Shown here: one piece after another, positions 1 to 19,000 of the stretch | How the letters are laid out: every line of letters starts with the position of its first letter | Position numbering within the stretch: the first letter of the stretch is position 1 | Source: Macrostomum lignano | Taxonomy: Eukaryota | Assembly (NCBI GenBank): GCA_002269645.1 | Contig: NIVC01000932.1 | Coordinates: 62,001-126,000, forward strand | Length of the DNA stretch: 64,000 bases | Reading direction: 5' to 3' | Notes under the pieces: generated by a model | Databases searched by the model: none | What the model was told of the DNA's origin: nothing | The model's input: only the letters and a program-made list of their open reading frames with translations | Made by a program: the position numbers and the translations under genes

Positions 1-334
1 ATTCTAGCTGTTATCATTTTCTCCTCTTCGTGATTTTTCCCGTAAGTTTAACGAATCGCCAAGCTGCCCCTCATCTTCAGAGCTGGCAGTCAGCCAATAA
101 GGACCCCCCGGAAGCCGAATCATGGAGACTCAGAACCAGAAACTGGAGTAGAAGCACTTTCCTAAACGAGCCATTTTCGGCTGACGGCTGTCTCTCTGTT
201 TTAATACAAATGACAGGCAACTTTCTGCATCAATTTTTATTAAAATTCAAAACTTCTGTCAGTTATTTGAGCTGGCTCAGAATGCAGTGATATTTCACTC
301 AAATGTGAATAGTTTATTTCACCATTAAAATGAT

Positions 335-905
335 ACTCAGCCTCTCTTCTCTCCCTTTTCTCTCTACTCTCTCTCCCATCTCCTCACTCCACTCTCTTCG
401 CTCCATCTCTCCCGGTCCGTCTCTCTATCTCCCTCTACCCCTCTCCCTCTCTCCCTCTCCCCCTCTCCCTCTCTCCCTCTCACTCTCCTACTGTCTCTCT
501 CTCGCCTCTCCTCTCTCCTCTCTCCTCTCTCCAATCTCCTCTCTCCTCTCTTCCCTCTCCTATCACCTCTCCTCTCTCCTCTCTCCTCTCTCCTCTCTCC
601 CATCTCCTCTCTCCTCTCTCCCCTCTCCTATCTCTTCTCCTCTACCCTCTCTCCTCTCTCCTCTCTCCTCTCTCCTCTCTCCTCTCTCCTCTCTCCTCTC
701 TCCTCTCTCCCATCTCCTCTCTCCTCTCTCCCCTCTCCTATCTCCTCTCCTCTACCCTCTCTCCTCTCTCCTCTCTCCTCTCTCCTCTCTCCTCTCTCCT
801 CTCTCCTCTCTCCTCTCTCCTCTCTCCTCTCTCGTCTCTCGTTTCTCATCTCTCCGATCAATCTCTACTTCTCTTCCCTCTCTTGTCTCCCCCCGTTCCT
901 CTCTC
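335..905. repeat. CT-rich low-complexity/microsatellite tract
   Basis: Near-continuous ctctcctct/ctctc motifs; the overlapping L/S/P-rich and E/R/G-rich ORFs are artefacts. Confidence 0.9.
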
Positions 906-1414
906 CTTCTCCCTTATACCTGCAACCTTTTTATTGGATTTCAAAACAACTGTCGAAACTTTTCACGGAGAATGCAAAGATATTTCACTCAAATATGAAA
1001 GAGTTTATTCTGCTCTAACCTGAGACCAATTTTGTAAAGACCAACCTACTCGTACTGAAACCGAAGCAAAGTGAAATTGGGGAAAATGGGGGGTTGTTCA
1101 AGGAGGAGTTGCCAATCCAAGTTGTGGCTGCGGATCTCCATGGCTTAATGCAGGAAAATTAGTAACGAACCGCAGCGCCGGCCGTGTGGGAACTGCGGCA
1201 ATAAATGAAGGCTTTAGAGAAGAAGCTGGCAACAGTGGTTTCCGCTTTTAGCCAACTGCCCTGCCCCCTCGAGTCGCCTCTCAGCCTGAGATAGTTTACA
1301 ACCCGAGAGACTAGCAGCTCCAGGCCCGGCCCTCGACGCAGGCAGGCAATTTTCGACTTCGAAACGGCACATGCTGGCGAGACGGCGGCAGCTGCTGGCC
1401 CAGACCAGATCCCA

Positions 1415-8205
<6,791 letters not shown>

Positions 8206-8392
8206 TGCTCAAGTGCCCTGAATTTGTAATCATAAATTATTATTTTATATTTATGATGTTAGCTGCATTAATGCTAATCCTCTACAATAATAGCTATCAT
8301 TTTGCTCTAATTTTTTTAATTTTCGTAAATTTCAGCTACACCGCATCTCGCTGACCCGAATCTTTAGATAGCTGTGATTTTCAATTGATCTT

Positions 8393-9010
8393 TATGACCC
8401 CACCCTTCTCTCTATGATCCCACCCTGATCTCTATGATCCCACCCTGATCTCCATGATCCCACCCTGCACTCTATGATCCCACCCTGCTCTCCATGATCC
8501 CACCCTGATCTCTATGATCCCACCCTGCTCTCTATGATCCCACCCTGATCTCTATGATCCCACCCTGATCTCTATGGTTCCACCCTGATCTCTATGATCC
8601 CACCCTGATCTCTATGATCCCACCCTGCTCTCTATGATCCCACCCTGATCTCTATGATCCCACCCTGATCTCTATGGTTCCACCTCGTTCAGTATGATCC
8701 CATCCTGATCTCTATGATCCCACCCTGATCTCTATGATCCCACCCTGATCTCTATGATCCCACCCTGATCTCTATGATCCCACCCTGATCTCTATGATCC
8801 CACCCTGCTCTCTATGATCCCACCTTGTTCTCTATGACCCCACCCTGATCTCTATGACCCAACCCTGATCTCTATGATCCCACCCTGATCTCTATGATCC
8901 CACCCTGATCTCTATGATCCCATCCTGATCTCTATGATCCCACCCTGCTCTCTATGATCCCACCCTGCTCTCTATGATCCCACCCTGCTCTCCATGATCC
9001 CACCCTGCTC
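8393..9010. repeat. 20-bp minisatellite (ccaccctgatctctatgatc), about 30 copies
   Basis: Directly visible. Confidence 0.95.
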
Positions 9011-9774
9011 TTCAGCATCCTTCTGATCTCATTGGTACCACCCCAATCTCTGTGATCCCCACTCATCCGAGTTTCGCGAACCCGACGACTCTTTTCAACA
9101 TCTCTCCGAGGTTTTCATGACAACTTAATTTCATTTAAAATATTGTTTACAATCGTTCAACGCTAGGCCACTTTCGTAGTTGGCAAAACCTCTTTTAGAA
9201 GTGAACAAAAAGTTTTTTTCTGAAATACGAGTACCATTAATCAGTAATATTTAAAGACATTTTCTACAAGTATTCTCGTAGCTTTAAACGCAATTTATAT
9301 ATTTCTTTCATCGAGACAAGTAAACAAACATCGTATAGCTGCATGCAGTGCTGCTATGCTCATTAGAGAATTTGTTCTGCTGTGTTGTTATTTCAGAGAA
9401 TTTCATCCCATTTAATAAGCGTCCTGATAGATATATCTTTTTCTTAGTTGTATGGGATATAAGAGAAAGATTAATTAAGTGAAATAAGTAAATACTAATA
9501 GCGTAGGTTTTCGTAGCATTTCTTATTAGGATTGGTATAGCAGTGTTCGAGAACGATTAATGTTTACTTTACACTAGGCCTGCTCTGTGGGCCTCAGTGT
9601 AAAATGTGTTAACCCCACCCCTCCTCCTTCGCCCACCTCTCCTCCGCCCACCCCCTCCGCCGCGTGCCGGGGGGTTCTTAAACCCATGCAGTCTTTTCTG
9701 GCCTGGCCATCTGCGTGCAAGTGCTCCGATTATTTATTTTTTAGTTTAGTAGTCAGTAGTCAGTTAGTCAAATT

Positions 9775-9952
9775 GTCAGATGATCAGATGGTCAGATGGT
9801 CAGATGGTCAGATGGTCAGATGGTCAGATGGTCAGATGGTCAGGTGGTCAGATGATCAGATGGTCAGATGGTCAGATGGTCAGATGGTCAGGTGGTCAGA
9901 TGATCAGATGGTCAGATGGTCAGATGGTCAGATGGTCAGATGGTCAGATGAT
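9775..9952. repeat. 8-bp tandem repeat (gtcagatg)
   Basis: Directly visible. Confidence 0.9.
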
Positions 9953-10014
9953 GGCCTAATCTATCTCCGCTTAAATTAGTGTTGTTGTCAGATCACGGCT
10001 GGCGTCCATCAGCC

Positions 10015-13000
10015 TCAATAGCCTGGGGACTCGGTTGCTATGGCTGAAGAATCGGTTGCTATGGCTGGAGACACGGTTGCTATGGCTGGAGACTCGGTTG
10101 CTATGGCTGGATGCTCCATTACTAGTGCGCCTACTGTGGTTGCTAAGGCCTGGTCTGCGTCCATATTATCATCGTGGTCGGTTTCTAGGGGCAACGCGTC
10201 CCAGTTGGCATTGGAGACGCAGGCGCAGGGAGGCGGCGCAGGCGACATCTCCTTCTGGTTAATGTTCAGCTTCGTTGCCAAACGAAGGTGCTCAATTAGC
10301 AAGTCCAGGAATGGTCGCTGAAATTCGAGTGAAAGTTTGCATGCTCGATACATTGACACTCGGTGCACTTAAAACACCTAATATCCTTGATCAATGGGTC
10401 CATCATCCGAAGGCTCACCCGGGTTCTCAGGGCCAGGGTGCGACAGCGCCATAGCAGTTCGACAAAACAAAGTAGGACAGCCACGCCAAGTCCGATCATC
10501 AGGGCGATGAAGACGCCCCCGAAGGACGCCACTTCCATGGTGCCGGTCGGAGATGCATCGTCCACTGCTTCGCTGCACGGTGGCCCGGTCAGGTTGAACC
10601 GCTTGATCCAGGCATTCGACATATCCTCGATGAACTGCTCCTTGTGCAGCTGAAGAATGACCTCACCCAGCTCCTCCTTGAGAAACGCGTCTGAAAAAGA
10701 AAGAAAAAGAAAGAATGGAATATCGATCACAGATCACAGATCATCTGGGATCTGGGATCGGGATCTGGGATCGGGATCTGGGATCGGGATCTGGGATCGG
10801 GATCTGGGATCGGGATCTGGGATCGGGATCTGGGATCGGGATCTGGGATCGGGATCTGGGATCGGGATCTGGGATCGGGATCTGGGATCGGGATCTGGGA
10901 TCGGGATCTGGGATCGGGATCTGGGATCGGGATCTGGGATCGGGATCTGGGATCGGGATCTGGGATCGGGATCTGGGATCGGGATCTGGGATCGGGATCT
11001 GGGATCGGGATCTGGGATCGGGATCTGGGATCGGGATCTGGGATCGGGATCTGGGATCGGGATCTGGGATCGGGATCTGGGATCGGGATCTGGGATCGGG
11101 ATCTGGGATCGGGATCTGGGATCGGGATCTGGGATCGGGATCTGGGATCGGGATCTGGGATCGGGATCTGGGATCGGGATCTGGGATCGGGATCTGGGAT
11201 CGGGATCTGGGATCGGGATCTGGGATCGGGATCTGGGATCGGGATCTGGGATCGGGATCTGGGATCGGGATCTGGGATCGGGATCTGGGATCGGGATCTG
11301 GGATCGGGATCTGGGATCGGGATCTGGGATCGGGATCTGGGATCGGGATCTGGGATCGGGATCTGGGATCGGGATCTGGGATCGGGATCTGGGATCGGGA
11401 TCTGGGATCGGGATCTGGGATCGGGATCTGGGATCGGGATCTGGGATCGGGATCTGGGATCGGGATCTGGGATCGGGATCTGGGATCGGGATCTGGGATC
11501 GGGATCTGGGATCGGGATCTGGGATCGGGATCTGGGATCGGGATCTGGGATCGGGATCTGGGATCGGGATCTGGGATCGGGATCTGGGATCGGGATCTGG
11601 GATCGGGATCTGGGATCGGGATCTGGGATCGGGATCTGGGATCGGGATCTGGGATCGGGATCTGGGATCGGGATCTGGGATCGGGATCTGGGATCGGGAT
11701 CTGGGATCGGGATCTGGGATCGGGATCTGGGATCGGGATCTGGGATCGGGATCTGGGATCGGGATCTGGGATCGGGATCTGGGATCGGGATCTGGGATCG
11801 GGATCTGGGATCGGGATCTGGGATCGGGATCTGGGATCGGGATCTGGGATCGGGATCTGGGATCGGGATCTGGGATCGGGATCTGGGATCGGGATCTGGG
11901 ATCGGGATCTGGGATCGGGATCTGGGATCGGGATCTGGGATCGGGATCTGGGATCGGGATCTGGGATCGGGATCTGGGATCGGGATCTGGGATCGGGATC
12001 TGGGATCGGGATCTGGGATCGGGATCTGGGATCGGGATCTGGGATCGGGATCTGGGATCGGGATCTGGGATCGGGATCTGGGATCGGGATCTGGGATCGG
12101 GATCTGGGATCGGGATCTGGGATCGGGATCTGGGATCGGGATCTGGGATCGGGATCACTCACTGCCCTGCGGTACTGCGAACGCGTAGCTGCTGGGATTG
12201 AAGATGCCTCCAATCTGCGTGAGCTCGCAGTCTCTCTCTCGATAGTACTGGTTAAACGTGGACTCAAGGATGTAGGCGTAGCCTCCTTCCCGAACGCGGC
12301 CGATTCCTTCTGATGTTTTCAGGACAAACGACTCGTTTTTAGCGCTCCAGGAAACCATGGAATCCCACATTCTTCGGTAAAGTGGGATTCGGGAATTCTG
12401 AAAGCGAACAAAAGCATTACGCACCAGACTTGAATGCTTCGCAGTGTTAAAATCTGGATTTTACCATTTTGAACCAGTAATTTTCTTCAAAAACGTATTT
12501 CTAATCTCCCCGGAAGATATTTTGATTGCTCAATATGCCAACGAGCAATCTGATTAACCTTGAAGAGGGTGCATACCGCACCTACATGTATCATACGGCT
12601 GCTGAGAGCAGTACTTCAGCAAATAAAGGATGAAGGTGCACACTGCTCGCACCTCAGTCCAATTTACCTTGATGAAGGTGCACACTGCTCACACCTGTCA
12701 GTCCAATTTACCTTGAAGAAGTTGTACACTGCTCGCACATCAGTCCAATTTAGCTTGATGAAGGTGCACACTGCTCGCACCTCAGTCCAATTTACCTTGA
12801 TGAAGGTGCACTGCTCGCACCTCAGTCCAATTTACCTTGATGAAGGTGCACACTGCTCACACCTCAGTCCAATTTACCTTGATGAAGGTGCACTGCTCGC
12901 ACCTCAGTCCAATTTACCTTGATGAAGGTGCACACTGCTCGCACCTCAGTCCAATTTACCTTGATGAAGGTGCACTGCTCGCACCTCAGTCCAATTTACC

Positions 13001-16000
13001 TTGATGAAGGTGCACACTGCTCGCACCTCAGTCCAATTTACCTTGATGAAGGTGCACACTGCTCACACCTCAGTCCAATTTACCTTGAAGAAGTTGTACA
13101 TGGCCCCACCAATCGGACAGCCGAACTTCACTTTGCTCTGGCTGGCCAGCGCTTCCACGCTGTCGATGGTGCCGAGCCGGCTGGTGGTGAGAAAAGCGGC
13201 CAGGTTGGCCGTGTAGGAGCTGATGAGCAGCAGGGTGAAGAACCACCAGGTTGTCGCAACCATCCTCGTCGAGGAGGCCCTGGGCGCCAGCTCGGATCCT
13301 GTAGTTTCGAAGTAGGAAGAACTGATGAGGGCCAATACGGTTGTGCATCAGGTCGCTGCACTGTGCCGCTCTGTCTGGGAAGGCAGCAAAACTGGCTGAA
13401 CTGCTTAGCTGTGGGCCCGCCTCTCACCTTCATTTTTACCCAAGCCATCGCCCCAGCTTCCCTGCACTTCCCCTCTCCCTCTCCCTCTCCCTCTCCCTCT
13501 CCCTCTCCCTCTCCCTCTCCCTCTCTCCCTCTCCCTCTCCTCTCCCTCTCCCTCTCCCTCCCCCTCTCCCCCTCTCACTCTCTCCCTGTCCCTCTCTCTC
13601 CCTCTCTTTCCCTCTTTCCCTCTCATTCTCTCCCTGACCCCCTCTCTACCTCTCCCTCTCCCCTCTCTCCATCCCCTCTCTCCCTGTCCCTCTATCTGCC
13701 CCTCTCTCCCTCTCCCTATCTACCTCATACCCTCTCCCCCTCTCCCTCTCACTCTCTCCCTGTCCCCTGTCTCTCCCTCTCTCTCTCCCCCTCTCCCTCT
13801 CCCTCCCCCTCTTTCGAGTTTCGAAGTGTTCAATATATTCTTAATATCGGCTTTTCGCTTTGCATCAGGGAGGCAGTCCAAGTATAAACATAGTCAATAG
13901 TCAATAAAATTTGTTAGAATTCCGTAAAACTGCAAGGCTTCCTTGTTTAGAAAATAGGCATTTACTGGTTTCTGCATACAGTGCTAAGGCTTTTTGTCCA
14001 AGTAGTCTGTCTCGCATGGAGAGCTTCACGGACTCCCGCTCCAGAGAACACGACGTGGAACCTGGATACCCAACAGCCAACAACCACTGTGTCAGGCAGA
14101 CCAAGGGCGGCTCATATTGGATTCTGGCACTCACCCTGCTGCATCAGGGAGCCAATGGTGAACCACATGCTGTTCAGTGCACCAAACTGGTTTTCCACAA
14201 CTGGCACGCAGTCATTGTGCGAATACCACTCGTAGGGACTCAGCCTGGCGCACACTAGCATGAGCAGGCTGGTGAGCAGCCAGGCCAGCAGCATGCAGGT
14301 CCACACGCGACCGCTGAAGGGCAGCATGAACTGGAGCGGGTCAGTCTGCTGCTCCGGCTTCTTCATGATCACGCTCAGGCCGAGACCCATGAAAGGTGTC
14401 GTGAAGTCCACGACCTGCGTAGATGAGTAATTTATTCAGATAGGTTTTGATACTTGTAGCACTACTTATTCGAGTAGTGTGTTCTTGGAGTTGGCACCCA
14501 CCCGCTCTCTATCGTAAGTGATAACTAGAGTGCCAACGGCCACATCGGCTGTGCCGGATATCAAATCGCCGATCGCTCCGGACCAAACCTGCTCGCCGGC
14601 TTCGTTTAACTTCGGACTGCCAAACTGACCGTCCGAGCTGACTTGAATCGTGTAGCTGAAAAAAGAAGACGTAGAGATTAATTTAAGTGTGCCTTTGACA
14701 TTTGACGCGTTCGACAGAGTCAAGTAGCTGACTTGTGTTGAAGAGAGAGCGTGTACTGGAAGTCAAGTAGCTGACTTGTGTTGATGAGAGAGCGTGCACT
14801 GGAAGTCAAGTAGCTGACTTGTGTTGATGAGAGAGCGTGCACTGGAAGTCAAGTAGCTGACTTGTGTTGAAGAGAGAGCGTGCACTGGAAGTCAAGTAGC
14901 TGACTTGTGTTGATGAGAGAGCGTGCACTGGAAGTCAAGTAGCTGACTTGTGTTGAAGAGAGAGCGTGCACTGGAAGTCAAGTAGCTGACTTGTGTTGAA
15001 GAGAGAGCGTGTACTGGAAGTCAAGTAGCTGACTTGTGTTGAAGAGAGAGCGTGTACTGGAAGTCAAGTAGCTGACTTGTGTTGATGAGAGAGCGTGCAC
15101 TGGAAGTCAAGTAGCTGACTTGTGTTGAAGAGAGAGCGTGCACTGGAAGTCAAGTAGCTGACTTGTGTTGATGAAAGAGCGTGCACTGGAAGTCAAGTAG
15201 CTGACTTGTGTTGAAGAGAGAGCGTGCACTGGAAGTCAAGTAGCTGACTTGTGTTGAAGAGAGAGCGTGTACTGGAAGTCAAGTAGCTGACTTGTGTTGA
15301 AGAGTCAAGCTTAAAGTTCAAGAGCGGTCGCGAACTGAATAAATTCGTGGATTTAAGACTGGTGTCAAGTACCGTATTGCATATGATTAATGAGTGGGGA
15401 GTACATGTAAAGGTGTTCAGAGTTTTCCTAAATATTAGTTAGAGTTTAGTACTTAAAAATGAAGTTCAACTCAAGGAAGAGTTCAAACTCACGAAATTTT
15501 CAGTCGTTTAGCGGCCTCCTTAAACAATTCGATAGCCATGCCAGTCCATCGTTGGTTTCCTATCAGGCGATTGCCACCTGCGTCAAAGTCCCTCTCCAGA
15601 CTAAACGGCGGGTCGATGACAGTGGCAACAGTGAGGTTCAAGCCGCTCATGGACCGTTTGTAATGTTGCTCCTCCATGTTGGAGCCGACACGTGTGACCC
15701 GGTAGCCTCTGTCCAGATTCCATTCGGCAAACTGCAATCGGGTACGCGAATGTGATTCGAGACTTTGATGCCTGTCAAGACTACCAGACCGAGTATTTTA
15801 CTTGCCTTCATGTTCTGAATCAGGCGCGAACCGTTGGCGAGCTGAAATTTGAAGCGTTAATTAAAAAGAAACGAGTTAGAGTCATGATAGTCGACAAGAC
15901 TGAGTGACTTCATCAACATCCCAACAGACTAGTCTATTGATATATCATGAGAACCTGCTCACTTGTAAGAGCTGTTGCTAATAAAGAGTAGCCACAGAAT

Positions 16001-19000
16001 TTTTCGAGTACGAGTCACCACGGGAGATCCTGTGGATTCTAGCGGTTAGGATTGAACTGTCTGCATAACTATGTACTTCGGGATTTTGGAGCACAGTCCA
16101 ATCAAATAAGAGCAGAAATGATTACCACTACCTGACTTTGAATCCCACTCATACGTTGCCCTACCCCGTGTGGGAATGTGCCACATGATTAATCGATAAT
16201 GTGCTCAAACCTCGTGCCGCGACATGTGCCTGACGACGAAGGAGAAGTTGTAGTACTTCGCGCCGTCGAGTAGAACAACGCCAAGGCGATTGCGGATCTT
16301 GCTCTGAAAATAGCAAAGTACAGATTTATAGTTCGTTTGGTGTAACTCAACCTGATGAATCGAAAAATTGAAGCAGAGGTATAAATGACGAAATCAGTCA
16401 ACCTCCAAAACGTGTCGAAATTCTCCAACTCTTGTCGTTAAAGGCGGCTGGCACCGCATCGAACTTTCTAATCCGATTTTCTCAGCAGTAAAAGCGATGG
16501 GAGCTGCGACTGTCCGCCAGGCTTCATAAGCAGCGCCAAGTAAAAGTTCCAAGGCTTCAGCGCGAGATCGGGTTGGCTGCAAGAAATGGGAGGGCTTGGA
16601 GTTAATGGCTTTGTGTCTATGGCTTTACATCTATGGCCTTGAATCTATGGTTTTGTGTCTATGGCCTTGCAACATGGCTTTTTTATTAGAGGCAGGGGGG
16701 TTGTGTGCACCCTGGCGCACTTTAAGCGACATTGGCACACAACCGGCGAGAGGCATTACTGCCCATTCCGCCGACTCCCCTGAGCAGGCATACAAGCGCG
16801 CGGATACGTACGCAGGTACACACACTCACACAGGAGTGTACAGCGGCCCTAACTTTATTTTATCGTTAGGCATGTACACTTCACTGCGCCTTGGGGGGTT
16901 GGCTCTCAAGGCCGTTAATTGCACGAGCAGAGCCAAGCCGAGATTCCAATTCAGCCCCAAATTAATGTGACTGCACTTGGAATCGAGCCTGGGTCGCTGG
17001 CACACCAGAGCCTGCGCTAGACCGCTGGGCTACGGCCCCCTGCAACATGGCATTGAATCTATGGTTTTGTGTCTATGGCCTTGCATCTATGGCATTGAAT
17101 CTATGGTTTTGTGTCTATGGCCTTGCAACATGACATTGAATCTATGGTTTTGTGTCTATGGCCTTGCAACATGGCATTGAATCTATGGTTTTGTGTCTAT
17201 GGCCTTGCAACATGGCTTTGAATCTATGGTTTTGTGTCTATGGCCTTGCAACATGGCTTTGAATCTATGGTTTTGTGTCTATGGCCTTGCAACATGGCCT
17301 TGAATCTATGGTTTTGTGTCTATGGCCTTGCAACATGGCATTGAAAGGTTCGAAAAAAGTCACGAACGCTATCGATGCTCTCGCCGATGAACCGGACGCC
17401 GCCTAGTTGGTGCGTTGTGAAATTCACTCCGTTGTTCAGCCTTGGCGCCACGTGACGACCAAAGAATGCTTCGCTCAACTAAAAGCAGAAATCAGGCGGC
17501 TATATGTCAGTTGCAATCTTGCAAAGCGAGCACTCTGTTTTGCTAGAATTACCACCTCAGAAATCAGAAGGAAGCTGTGCGCCATTCCGTTGAGGCCTGC
17601 CGCCTTGGCCTGGAAATAAGTATCGAGGAACGCTGCATTGCATAGTCTTCTCTTCCGAGATATCAAACTCCTCACTATGCATATTATACAAGTAGTCACT
17701 GCGGCCATTGTGGAAAAAATTAAAATGCATCTCTTACTAACCAATTTAAAGAAGTTTGGCAGGCTACGAATCGGCATGTCCACGACAAACCGGTGCAGAG
17801 TGCTCCGTTTGAGTCGGTGCAGCTGGTACAGCGCCTTACTAGGCCTGCTCATGTCCAGCGGCCGAAACAGCACCGGCCCCAGCGGGTAGTTGAGCAGCGT
17901 CTGCACCTTTTCAAGGTCTTTATTCAGGCGTTGGGTGAAATGTGCTTCTTTATTTGTGATGAGGGTGATTGAGAACTTGTTTGAAACTTTGACAATGAGA
18001 ATTTGTGGGCAACACAAACATGCATTGAAAAATGGGACACCCAGCCTTGAGACCGACTCACTATCAAAGTTTCTGTAGAAAACGATAAACTCTCCCCACA
18101 TCGACCAAATGACGTAATCAGAAATCGATCGGCTGCGCAGCTCTGGCGCCGGGAAGAAGCGGATGGCGTTGTGCAGCCAGTCGTCGGGGACTCGTTCGCC
18201 CTCCAGCGCGTCCAAGAAGATGCAGGTGACGTTGAAGGCGAGGCAGAAGCTGTTCAGGGCTGGATGGAATCCGGAGCCCGATACAGCCAGCAGGTGAGCG
18301 TCCGGTGGCAGCGACGACACAGCTCTGCAGACTGGGAGAGTCAGGCACACTGCTCAGCATCAAACAGCTCTGCAGACTGGGAGAGTCAGGCACACTGCTC
18401 AGCATCAAACAGCTCTGCAGACTGGGAGAGTCAGGCACACTGCTCAGCATCAAACAGCTCTGCAGACTGGGAGAGTCAGGCACACTGCTCAGCATCAAAC
18501 AGCTCTGCAGACTGGGAGAGTCAGGCACACTGCTCAGCATCAAACAGCTCTGCAGACTGGGAGAGTCAGGCACACTGCTCAGCATCAAACAGCTCTGCAG
18601 ACTGGGAGAGTCAGGCACACTGCTCAGCATCAAACAGCTCTGCAGACTGGGAGAGTCAGGCACACTGCTCAGCATCAAACAGCTCTGCAGACTGGGAGAG
18701 TCAGGCACACTGCTCAGCATCAAACAGCTCTGCAGACTGGGAGAGTCAGGCACACTGCTCAGCATCAAACAGCTCTGCAGACTGGGAGAGTCAGGCACAC
18801 TGCTCAGCATCAAACAGCTCTGCAGACTGGGAGAGTCAGGCACACTGCTCAGCATCAAACAGCTCTGCAGACTGGGAGAGTCAGGCACACTGCTCAGCAT
18901 CAAACAGCTCTGCAGACTGGGAGAGTCAGGCACACTGCTCAGCATCAAACAGCTCTGCAGACTGGGAGAGTCAGGCACACTGCTCAGCATCAAACAGCCC

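Noticed and set aside
16975-17036. tRNA genes here and at 32525-32582
   Set aside because: No complete cloverleaf or acceptor stem; both continue into SINE bodies with tails and TSDs.
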